From NCBI GenBank assembly GCA_020137815.1, contig CM035353.1:2294001-2358000 (forward strand): a stretch of 64,000 bases of DNA, read 5' to 3'. A model generated the notes under the pieces. It saw nothing but the letters and a program-made list of their open reading frames with translations. It did no database searches and was not told where the DNA came from. Origin of the DNA: Hormiphora californensis (Eukaryota; Animalia; Ctenophora). Position numbers and translations under genes: made by a program. Below, piece after piece: positions 1-11,591 of the stretch; the first letter of the stretch is position 1; the number at the start of each line of letters is the position of its first letter.

Positions 1-81
1 TTTTGAACGGTAAGAGCTGAGGGCGTCATTTGTTCATTACTGGTGTATTTTGAACTAATTAACTTTTCCATTTTTCATTAG

Positions 82-942
82 GCCATCTGATATACCGGAA
101 CCTAAAAACTTGGCACGGGGACAAAGGGCGGTTCAAACTTCAACTGACCTCGGAGGATATGCGTTTAAAGCAGTCGATGGAAATAGGAACGGAGTAAGTC
201 CCGAACACCATTCAATTACTACGCCCTAAATATAAAATAAACCCCTATTTTAACTTAATTAACAGAATTGGTTTTATGGATCGGTGACACACACAAAAAC
301 CGCTAAAGGGCAGTACTGGCTGACCGATCTTGGAAAAACACATTACATAGACCGTTAGTACATAATATATATATCTAACTGTATTCTGTTATATCATATC
401 TAAATCAGCAGTTCTGAGAATCGACAACAATCATATCTCTTGCCTAGCTCGACTGGGTTTTGCGTGCACCACAAATGTAAAGGAGGGTTAGAACACATTA
501 ATCATATCTCCAGATATCACGGTCTACAACAGAATAGATTGTTGCCAAACTCGGCTTGCTGGAGCTATGTTGCTGATAGACGAGAACTACACCGGTTTTG
601 TCTTTTCTTCTGATAACATCCAGACTTTCCACTTTGGAAAGAGGGGAAGGTAAGGCAGATAATTGTTAAATCAAGATTTTTGTAGCTTACACTTCATTTT
701 ATGTCATTTTGTGAGGGTAAAGGGTTCGATAGATCAAAAAAAGATCTCAATCGTGTCATACCCACTCAGGTATCTAAGAATTCTCCAGCGAAGAAACGAA
801 CCATTGTCGTTAGCAGAGTTTGAGGTATATGGTTCAGATGTCACATTTCTCTCAACAGTTCCATATTTTGATCGCTTTGGATTTCTTCATGTTGATGTAA
901 CGAAGAAACAAACGCTTAACTTTGGACACAACCTAATCTATG
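82..942 (+). CDS. F-type lectin (fucolectin/FTP domain) gene, partial; exons 82-193, 266-353, 514-649, 770-942
   Basis: GT-AG exons join in phase to NLARGQRAVQTST..AFKAVDGNRNG/..SVTHT..YWLTDLG../ITVYNRIDCCQTRL../RYLRI..LSLAEFEVYG. The H..RxDxxxxR fucose-binding motif is present. Gene ends are not resolved. Confidence 0.85.
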
Positions 943-955
943 GTAAGTGGGCCTG

Positions 956-1960
956 TAGTAGGGACGAATCTTAATTTTTTGACTCACTATTTGGTGGAAA
1001 GCAAATTCCGGTGGTAACCCACCTATTTTGACCCGCTGAACACGATCCCGTTCATAGGCAAGCTCGCAAAAGTGGAGAAAATGCCCAAATCGGCCACGCC
1101 CTTTTACCTGTATTTTCAGCCTGTAGCCAAAAACATAAATCCTCTTAGAATAGGAGTAGAGACAAATCTGAGGGCACTAAAGTGATCAGCGCCCTCGCAT
1201 TAGTGGGGGTAGGTGCTGGAATTAAGTCTCTATCTCATCTGGTTAATTAGATAATTGGATAATTAGGTTTGCACATAACCGTTTTTTGGCTATATGGCTA
1301 TAGCCACTTAGGAATGGTTTAGAGACTTTTCACTGGCGCCAGTTTGTAGGCAATGGCCAAGTTATGGGGGGTCGACGTCGGACTTTTAAGCTCTATCTCC
1401 AACCGTTTAGCCGTTATTGGGCTAAATCGATGCTCAAAATGAGCGAAAAAACGGTAAAAAGCCCGATTTTGAGCATCGTTTAGGCGCAATAACGGCTAAA
1501 CGGTTGGAGATAGAGCTTAAAAGTCCGACGTCGACCCCCCATAACTTGGCTATTGCCTACAAAATGGCGCCATTGAAAAGTCTCTAAACCATTCCTAAGT
1601 GGCTATAGCCATATAGCCAAAAAACGGTTATGCGCAAACCTAATTATCCAATTATCTAATTAACCAGATGAGATAGAGACTTAATTCCAGCACCTACCCC
1701 CACTAATGCGACGGCGCTGATCACTTTAGTGCCCTCAGATTTGTCTCTACTCCTATTCAAAGAGGATTTATGTTTTTGGCTACAGGCTGAAAATACAGGT
1801 AAAAGGGCGTGGCCGATTTGGACATTTTCTCCACTTTTGCGAGCTTGCCTATGAACGGGATCGTGTTCAGCGGGTCAAAATAGGTGGGTTACAACCGGAA
1901 TTTGCTTTCCACCAAATAGTGAGTCAGCCACTTCTTTTTATAAGAGATTCGTCCCTACTA
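956..1960. mobile_element. ~1 kb foldback (palindromic) non-autonomous DNA element
   Basis: Termini TAGTAGGGACGAATCT / AGATTCGTCCCTACTA, arms near-perfect up to ~1450, CTG on both flanks. Confidence 0.85.
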
Positions 1961-2221
1961 CTGGGTGGTAGGTCCGAATTGCCTGGCTGGACTGTGTTTC
2001 GGGAGGGTTAGAACATAACAAGGTCCGAAGACTGAAAGTCACTACACATTACAACCAATAACTTCAAAAGCCAAAAACTGAAGTTCGATTTTTCAGAGAA
2101 TGAAAAGCGGCAAGAGTGCTATTTTGATCTACCTCCCCGATCAGATGCTAACCTTTCTATCACTCAGACCACACGTAAGTGCCCTTATTAGTTCAACCCT
2201 TGACCACCAAGATTACGATTT

Positions 2222-2398
<177 letters not shown>

Positions 2399-2868
2399 AC
2401 CTTCTCAATTACATCCTTGATCTAGGTACGGTGAAACTGAGGACACGGCAGTACTGGGTAAACCCTCTTGAAAAGAAATGCTACAAAGATATTGAAACGA
2501 CAGCTACTTTAACAGTTGCTGGGGAGCATGCGTGTGAAATGACGACAGTTCCAATGGATAGTTAGTCTGGTTATTTCCATCCAATAATAATGTTGGTATT
2601 TGCTCATTTAATTAAAAATTATATTAATTAAATAATTAATTACCTTTGTTGCCATCCCCCAAAGTAGTTTGTCCACTTCCAAAGGTAGGCCTGGTACCCG
2701 TCATGTGTTACAGGCGACATTGCCGCCCCCAAGTATCAAACTCACATGCTAGACAGAGGTTAGGACGTGGTCATTTGTGTGTTTCGTGGTAGCATTAAAA
2801 ATAGAAGTTCAAGGTATACTTAAAAAATGAAATTTCATACACAAATATTTACAAAATAATAAAAAAAT

Positions 2869-3958
2869 TCACTCATCATCTTCGTCATCACCAAAAGACA
2901 AAAGAGTTTTATTTTTCACACCCTTTTTCTTCTCTTTATTTTTCCCCTCAACCTTAGCCTTCTTGCTCTTGTTGAAGCCCAACTCGTTACCTTCCCTCTT
3001 CTTAGGTTTTTTAAACCGAATCTTCCCATCCGCTGGGGGTTCTTCTTCTTCTTCTATCTCGGCTGAGGAAGAGAACAAACTGTTAGATCTATGTGTACAA
3101 ATTGTGTACAAAAAGCATACATGTGACAATAGTTTGTTTTTCTGTCTTGAGTCTTCACACCATGAGAGATAGGGTATCAAGATAAATAACAGTTCAGTTT
3201 GGTTTGCCATCAATCGACCCGGAAGGCGGTCTGAGATCCGCTAAACTACCGGTTTAATTTGATGGGGTACTGCAGAGCAGGAACCGACCGAAACAAGTAA
3301 ACAACCAATCAGAACTCGTTATTTAGGTCACGTGACTGGTTATCAGTCAATCAGGGACCAGTTTTTCCTGATTCGGTCGGTTCCTGCTGCAGAGATACAT
3401 GTGATACAGTAGCATACATTACATATATGAACTACTAACGAGTGTGAAAAATGGTATATATCTCAACTCACCTAGTACCGCTGCTGATTCAGTCCCCTCA
3501 TCTAGTTGCTTCTGTTCAGCGAGAAATGTCTTGGCCTCCTCAGCACTCAGATGTTCACTTGACAGCTGCACAACCTGCGGCTCCTCCTCTGCTCTATCAA
3601 TAGGTCTCTAAAGAGAGAGAGTTGAGGTTTAATAGCATAAATAGGTCTCCATAGAGAGTTTAGTAGGATCGGCGGGTCTCTATAGAAATAGCATCAATAA
3701 GTCTCTATAAAGAGTTTAATAGGATCGGTGGGTCTCTATAGAAATAGCATTGATGACTTGTTGAGGTATGTTGAGGTTAATGTCATGTAGAAATGAGGGA
3801 TAATGGCTAGCGAATAAATGCAGTAACCCTACCTTTTCTTTGTCCAATTTAGCTTGTTTATCCGTTACATCATGCTCAACGTATCCGGTCTCCTCCTTGA
3901 ATTTCCGCAGAAAACTAGGCTCCTTTTTCACATATGTCAATCCAGGCTCCCGTGGCAT
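2869..3958 (-). CDS. KIAA1143-like protein, copy 1; exons 3958-3833, 3607-3472, 3062-2869
   Basis: Phase-consistent exons give MPREPGLTYVKKEPSFLRKFKEETGY..EEEPQVVQL..ADGKIRFKKP..KNKTLLSFGDDEDDE, the KIAA1143 motif pattern. Confidence 0.85.
3278..3386. mobile_element. 109-bp hAT-type MITE (TIR CAGGAACCGACCGAA)
   Basis: 8-bp TSD CTGCAGAG on both sides. A degenerate equivalent lies at ~7890-7992. Confidence 0.9.
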
Positions 3959-5252
3959 ATTGTCTTCTGTACAAAATAGAGGATTGTTAAAAACATTATA
4001 ATATCGATCGGTCAACGATAAAAAATTAAAAATTTCAACATCGATCAGAAAAACAAACAGGTTGCATATAGGAAATGTATGTGAAAAGTATAACATTTTG
4101 ATGCACATACAAATGTTCGACAATTAATGTTCGACAATTTAATTACACGTAAAGGTGACTAAACACACAAAGGAAAATAACAAAAGTTCTTATCCTTTTT
4201 TTTGTCAAATTAGTCTGTCGCACACATACATTTTTCAGCCCGTTGTATATATTCTCTCCCTCGCACACTCACACACATGGCAAAACAAATAAATAGAAGA
4301 TGACAAAATAAAAGTCTTTAAAATACACGAGATCGTGTAGTAGAACAGTCAAACACACAGACTCAAACACCTCTATATAACATATGACATGTATTCCAAC
4401 AGTTTTGTGTATGTGAAAGTTGAACAACAACTCAGTTCCAGTTGTGGAAAAGTGAAAGTGTCACAAGAAGGTGAGAAAAACAAACCGGAACTCAATTTAT
4501 AACACCGCGCCTTCCATCCGTTGCACCGAACACAAAAAAAAACATGGGAAACAGTACTTTGGAGAGGGTAACAGTACTTTGAAGAAACAGAAACGAGATT
4601 GATGAGGTACAGTACAGTTTTAACAACAGCCTGTTAGGGGGGAACAAGTGTTAAATACAGCTCGACCTACAAAACTGTATTTCAAATACAGATAGACCTA
4701 TGATACTGTATTTCAAATACAGATAGACCTATTATAATACTGACACCCATTTCACCCAAGCAGCCCAATAAATGCAGATCTATCAGAATCTTACAGGATA
4801 AGTATCGGATAATTGTTTATGAGCCGCATGATAATTGTTTGTTGGGATGATATCTCCTTCCGGCTTCAATCAATCAGGACAAAATGAAAAGCGGTGTTTT
4901 TATTAACGAACAGTTTCGATGTTACAACATCTTCCTCAGCCTACAAAATTTGGAAAATTGGTTAAAATCAAATCACATAGCTGTACACACACTGCAATAC
5001 TAATATAAGACTAAAAATAAAGTACTAAATAACTAAATAACTAAATAACTAAATAAATAACTAAATAACTAAAATGGGTAATAACAAAATCTAATAATCT
5101 AAGTCTACAAATCTAAATATCTAAAATACCAAATAATGATAACTACTCAACATCTCAAACCTAGGGAGATGAGAAAAGATGATATTTAAACATCAACGCA
5201 GATATTTATACGACATCTTTTCTCTCTCTCTCTCTCTCTCTCACTCTCTCTC

Positions 5253-5298
<46 letters not shown>

Positions 5299-5631
5299 GA
5301 CTCTATCTCTTCCCTTCTATCTAAACTACTATCGAAAACTGGATCACGCGATCTAACTGGTAAAGTAACGGACATAAAGAAATCAGATCTGAATAATTAA
5401 TGAAATACATAAATTAAATAAATTAAATAAATTAAATAACTAAAAATCTGGTTAAATCTGTCATCTCTTCCTTTAAATTAATAGTCGGTTTCAATCTATG
5501 AATAAATGACGCTTCAATAATTTTCCTGTATAACATTTTAGTCTCAGTTGCTAATATACTAAAGCTAAGATTCGGAGTGGTGTTCGGAGCGTAGTTCATC
5601 CCCATCACATGTTGAACAGTCTCGGGAAGTA

Positions 5632-6273
5632 GTGGATAACCTGCTCCTGGCTAATGGATACACAGATCCCCGTACTTTTGCTTTCGACACCCATATCTCA
5701 AACCATCAACATCGGAACGAGACTACAGAGGAACAGGTGATTCTAAAGCTACCGTACATAACTGAGGGCTTCAGTGACCAGGTTACTCGGTTTGTCATTT
5801 CAAACAACCTTCCCATCAAGATTGTGTTTACGCCAGGCAGGAAGTTGAGAGAGATCTTCTGCTCTTCTAGACCTAGAGATGGACTACCAACTTGCCATCT
5901 AGCGAACTGTAAAATTTGCCCTATCCTTACAGACGGACATTGTCAAATTATTGCCCCTGTTTATAAAATTGAGTGTGTGTTATGTGGCGAAATGTATGTA
6001 GGAGAAACGGGCAGGACTGCCAAGGAAAGACTCTCTGAGCATCTTCGCTGTGCGAATTCTCCCTCAGCGAAGTCGTACAGAGAGAAAGCCCTTGCACTCC
6101 ATTACAGTACCTTCCACCCGAACACCACTCCGAATCTTAGCTTTAGTATATTAGCAACTGAGACTAAAATGTTATACAGGAAAATTATTGAAGCGTCATT
6201 TATTCATAGATTGAAACCGACTATTAATTTAAAGGAAGAGATGACAGATTTAACCAGATTTTTAGTTATTTAA
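5632..6273 (+). CDS. Penelope RT thumb remnant plus GIY-YIG endonuclease (truncated)
   Basis: LKLPYI..IVFTPGRKL..C..C..C..C..VYKIECVLCGEMYVGETGRTAKERLSEH..IIEASFIHRLKPTIN. Confidence 0.88.
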   Translation: MDNLLLANGYTDPRTFAFDTHISNHQHRNETTEEQVILKLPYITEGFSDQVTRFVISNNLPIKIVFTPGRKLREIFCSSRPRDGLPTCHLANCKICPILTDGHCQIIAPVYKIECVLCGEMYVGETGRTAKERLSEHLRCANSPSAKSYREKALALHYSTFHPNTTPNLSFSILATETKMLYRKIIEASFIHRLKPTINLKEEMTDLTRFLVI

Positions 6274-6406
6274 TTTATTTAATTTATTTAATTTATGTAT
6301 TTCATTAATTATTCAGATCTGATTTCTTTATGTCCGTTACTTTACCAGTTAGATCGCGTGATCCAGTTTTCGATAGTAGTTTAGATAGAAGGGAAGAGAT
6401 AGAGTC

Positions 6407-6450
<44 letters not shown>

Positions 6451-6756
6451 GAGAGAGAGTGAGAGAGAGAGAGAGAGAGAGAAAAGATGTCGTATAAATA
6501 TCTGCGTTGATGTTTAAATATCATCTTTTCTCATCTCCCTAGGTTTGAGATGTTGAGTAGTTATCATTATTTGGTATTTTAGATATTTAGATTTGTAGAC
6601 TTAGATTATTAGATTTTGTTATTACCCATTTTAGTTATTTAGTTATTTATTTAGTTATTTAGTTATTTAGTTATTTAGTACTTTATTTTTAGTCTTATAT
6701 TAGTATTGCAGTGTGTGTACAGCTATGTGATTTGATTTTAACCAATTTTCCAAATT

Positions 6757-6800
6757 TTGTAGGCTGAGGAAGATGTTGTAACATCGAAACTGTTCGTTAA
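6757..6800 (+). ncRNA. Putative minimal hammerhead ribozyme in the pLTR (mirror copy 4903-4946, minus strand)
   Basis: CTGAGGA-A-GATGTT gt AACATC-GAAAC. Core boxes and stem II are intact; stems I and III are weak. Confidence 0.6.
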
Positions 6801-7480
6801 TAAAAACACCGCTTTTCATTTTGTCCTGATTGATTGAAGCCGGAAGGAGATATCATCCCAACAAACAATTATCAGAATCTTAAACACACAGTAAAACTGA
6901 AAGACATACACCGCTTGAAATCCTAACATTTAACAAACCCTTTGGCTTTTGGGTGGTTCCCGTTTTTCCCGGGGGGTTACCTGTAGAGGTTTTTTTCCTT
7001 CCGTTTTACTTTAGTTTTATTTTGTTGGTTTTTGCTGGGGCCATTCCCTCCATCCTTTAACTGATATACGTAAACCCTCTTGAAAAGAAATGCTACAAAG
7101 ATATTGAAACGACAGCTACTTTAACAGTTGCTGGGGAGCATGCGTGTGAAATGACGACAGTTCCAATGGATAGTTAGTCTGGTTATTTCCATCCAATAAT
7201 AATGTTGGTATTTGCTCATTTAATTAAAAATTATATTAATTAATTAATTAATTAATTACCTTTGTTGCCATCCTCCAAAATAGTTTGTCCACTTCCAAAG
7301 GTAGGCCTGGTACCCGTCGTGCGATACAGGCGACATTGCCGCCCCCAAGTATCAAACTCACATGCTAGAGAGGTTAAGACGTGGTCATTTGTGTGTTTCG
7401 TGGTAGGATTAAAATAGAAGTTCAAGGTATACTTAAAAAATGAAATTTCACATACAAATATTTACAAAATAATAAAAAAT

Positions 7481-8726
7481 TCACTCATCATCTTCGTCAT
7501 CACCAAAAGACAAAAGAGTTTTATTTTTCACACCCTTTTTCTTCTCTTTATTTTTCCCCTCAACCTTAGCCTTCTTGCTCTTGTTGAAGCCCAACTCGTT
7601 ACCTTCCCTCTTCTTAGGTTTTTTAAACCGAATCTTCCCATCCGCTGGGGGTTCTTCTTCTTCTTCTATCTCGGCTGAGGAAGAGAACAAACTGTTAGAT
7701 CTATGTGTACAAATTGTATACAAAAAGCATACATGTGACAATATTTTGTTTTTCTGTCTTGAGTCTTCACACCATGAGGGTATCAAGATAAATAACAGTT
7801 CAGTTTGGTTTGCCATCAATCGACCCGGAAGGCGGTCTGAGATCCGCTAAACTGCCGGTTTAATTTGATGGAATACTGCATGCAGAGATAACAAGTAAAC
7901 AAGTAAACAACCAATCAGAACTCGTTATTTAGGTCACGTGACTGGTTATCAGCCAATCAGGGACCAGTATTTCCTAATTCGGTCGGTTCCTGCTGCAGAG
8001 ATACATGTGATACAGTAGCATACATTACATATATGAACTACCAACGAGTGTGATAAATGGTATATCCCAACTCACCTAGTACCGCTGCTGATTCAGTCCC
8101 CTCATCCAATTGCTTCTGTTCAGCGAGAAATGTCTTGGCCTCTTCAGCACTCAGATGTTCACTTGATAGTTGCACAACCTGCGGCTCCTCCTCTGCTCTA
8201 TCAATAGGTCTCTATGAAAGAGGTTAGGACGTGAAAATTAGGCGTGCCGGATGGGTCTACAAAGAGAGATCGATGGGTCTCTATAGAAATAGTCTTGAGG
8301 TACATGTATCAATAGGTCTCTAAAGAGAGAGAGTTGAGCATAAATAGGTCTCCATAAAGAGAGAGAGTTGAGGTTTAATAGGTAGCATCAATAGGTCTCC
8401 ATAGAGAGAGTTTAGTAGGATCGGTGGGTCTCTATAATGGCATCAATAATTCCCTATAAGAGCATCAATATGTCTCTATAAAGAAATTAATAGGATCGAT
8501 GGGTCTCTATAGAAATAGCATTGATGACTTGTTAAGGTATGTTGAGGATAATACTATGTAGAAATGAGGGATGGCTAGCGAATAAATGCAGTAACCCTAC
8601 CTTTTCTTTGTCCAATTTAGCGTGTTTATCCGTTACATCATGCTCAACGTATCCAGTCTCCTCCTTGAATTTCCGCAGAAAACTAGGCTCCTTTTTTACA
8701 TATGTCAATCCGGGCTCCCGTGGCAT
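7481..8726 (-). CDS. KIAA1143-like protein, copy 2; exons 8726-8601, 8211-8076, 7674-7481
   Basis: Same exon lengths as copy 1 (126, 136, 194 nt), with few substitutions. Confidence 0.85.
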
Positions 8727-9627
8727 ATTGTCTTCTGTACAAAATAGAGGATTGTTAAAAATATTTTAATATCGATTGGTCAACGATAAAAAATTTCAAC
8801 ATCGATCAGAAAAACAAACAGGTTGCATATAGGAAATGTATGTGAAAAGTATAACATTTTGATGCACATACAAATGTTCGACAATTAATGTTCGACAATT
8901 TAATTACACGTAAAGGTGACTAAACACACAAAGGAAAATAACAAAAGTTCTTATCCTTTTTTTTTGTCAAATTAGTCTGTCGCACACATACATTTTTCAG
9001 CCCGTTGTATATATTCTCTCCCTCGCACACTCACACACATGGCAAAACAAATAAATAGAAGATGACAAAATAAAAGTCTTTAAAATACACGAGATCGTGT
9101 AGTAGAACAGTCAAACACACAGACTCAAACACCTCTCCCTATATATAACATATGACATGTATTCCAACAGTTTTGTGTGTGTGAAAGTTGAAAACACAAC
9201 AACAACTCAGTTCCAGTTGTGGAAAAGTGAAAATGTCAAGCACAAGAAGGTGAGAAAAACAAACCGGAACTCAATTTATAACACCGCGCCTTCCATCCGT
9301 TGCACCGAACACAAAAAAAACATGGGAAACAGTACTTTGGAGAGGGAAACAGTACTTTGAAGATACAGAAACGAGATTGATGAGGTACAGTACAGTTTTA
9401 ACAACAGCCTGTTAGGGGGAAACAAGTGTTAAATACAGCTAGACCTACTAAACTGTACTTCAAATACAGATACACCTATAATACTGTATTTCAAATACAG
9501 ATAGACCTATTATAATACTGACACCCATTTCACCCAATAAATGCAGATCTATCAGAATCTAAAACACACAGTAAAACTGAAAGACATACACCGCTTGAAA
9601 TGCTAACATTTAACAAACCTCATGGCA

Positions 9628-11077
9628 TTAGTTGGGTCGGTTATACTGCTGTACACCAGGGGGTGTGGAGCTGTAGTAGTTGTTCATTCCACTTCCAAAG
9701 CCACTTGAGTTCATATTGTTGTTGTTGTTGGCAGGTGCAGCGGGGTTGTAAAATTCTGAGCTATTTCCAAACATTCCTCCCGGCTGGGCGCCCTGAGTGG
9801 TGAGGAGGTGGGGCTGAGTGGTGAGGTGGGGCTGTTAGGTGGGGCTGAGTGGTGAGGAGGTGGGACTGAGTGGAGGAGGGGGGCTAAGTGGTGATGCTAA
9901 CGAAGGTGAGAGTGGGATAAGGACTATTGAGGTAGCCCTGTGGCTTAACAATTGATCATCTTACGATTGTGGACATACCTGGTGATCGAAATTAGATGTT
10001 TTCTTGTTCAGATTATTTGCAACTGCCACCGACAGGCTACTAGCGATAGAAACCATTGCCGCCTGAGCAGACGTGGTATTCTCATGATGGAGTGCATTCA
10101 GAGCAATTTTAATGCTCTCTACTAACATCCGAGTAGTCCCCGGAGTGTTCTGTTCCGCGACCGTGGCTAATAGGGGTGTAAAAGCGCTGATTAGGGCAGT
10201 GGCAGTAGCGTTGTTGCCACCTCCATATTGGTTCCTATTTGGTTGCTGTTGAGGGGGTGGTGGAGCAATTGGATATCCACCTCCTCCACCGAACTGATTT
10301 CCACCACCATAGGGGTTGCCAAAGGATGCCTGCTGCTGCATTCCCCCTCCTCCTCCTGCACTGTTCCTAAAATGATTCCGTTTCGAATCCTCTCGTTCAT
10401 CAAAACCGGACGCATTTCGTTTCATTTTATCAGCGGGACTATCAGCATGTTTAACAACGATCGGAGAATTGCAACCATCCATGGTTTGTGATTGGTGCAT
10501 CTCCTTGATAGCTTGGAGGCACGAGCTAGCCTTGGCAAACTTGACAAATCCACATCCCCGGCTCGTCTTTTCGCCATTGATCACTGCAGAGAGGGGATAA
10601 TGGTAAGCAAACAAATACCAGACACACTCAAAAATGAAAGATCAGTGACTTACTAGATGTCAAGATGTTGCAGTCGATAACTTCGCCAAACTTTGCAAAC
10701 ATTGCCTTGAGTTCGTCGCCATTAAGACTCTTCGAGATCATCCCAACAAAGAGACGCTTATCGAACTTCTTGTTGTCATCATCGTGTACTGCCTTAATCT
10801 GCATCTCCTTCTTGGCGCCAGGTAGGGCAATACGATCATGCATTTCGTGCATTGCATTTTCAGCGTTGTCCAGATTAGCAAAGGTTACAAATGCGCATCC
10901 CTTATGAGTTTTAGTATCCCGGTCTCTACATACTTTGATGTTAACCAATGGTCCATATTTCTCAAAATACGGTTTTAAATCCGATTCCTCGAAGTTCTTT
11001 GGCACTTGCCCAACGAAGAGTTTTAGCGTCATGTCCATTACGACCTCATTGTTGTGATACTTAGCGATCAGGGACAT
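9628..11077 (-). CDS. CELF/Bruno-like RNA-binding protein; exons 11077-10654, 10583-9979, 9792-9628
   Basis: RRM1 KLFVGQVPK..HKGCAFVTF; RRM2 RLFVGMISK..SRGCGFVKF..MHQSQTMDGCNSPIVVKHAD; low-complexity tail; exon phases consistent. Confidence 0.9.
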
Positions 11078-11591
11078 TGCACTGACGGGGACCAGCGGTA
11101 ACGGGAAAAAGTTGAGTCTGTTGCGAAACAAACGTTAGAGAAACGCGTTGTGAGAAAATCCAAGTTTTCTGTTTTAAATTTTCAACGCGCGTGATGCCGC
11201 GGCAGATAAAAACATTCGCGCGGCGTCAAATTGCAGTTTAAAATAATTTTTTAAGCGCCCGTCTGCAGACATACTATGTACATTGTACATACCGTACAGA
11301 GCTGTTCAAGGATCTAAAAGGAGGCAGTCAGTGAGGCAGTCGAAGGACCATGAAAGGACCCACTTAGCAAATTTACTAAACGAGGTTTTGGCTAAGAAGA
11401 AAATAAGTTAAATTAAAAATGTCACTTCCGCAGATTTCTCTAAACAAAATTTGCCATCTTGGGCGGATATCAGAGACGTAATAAAGGAAACATACAACTT
11501 CGTCAATTATAAAAACCCCACGGCCTGTCCCAAGTGTTAATAAGTTAATACATGACGACTCATTTCGATGTAAAAAAGACAGTCTAAGCCC

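Larger units (their letters stand above)
4794..6873 (+). mobile_element. 5'-truncated Penelope-like element with inverted pseudo-LTR
   Basis: GIY-YIG ORF. ~4830-5587 is the reverse complement of ~6115-6873. TATCAGAATCTTA is duplicated at 4781-4793 and 6870-6882. Empty site at ~9550. Confidence 0.9.
2458..9770. repeat. Direct duplication: 2458-~7050 vs 7070-~9770
   Basis: Both units start GTAAACCCTCTTGAAAAG and are near-identical. Copy 1 carries the Penelope insertion and decays into error-like sequence at 6940-7050. Confidence 0.9.
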
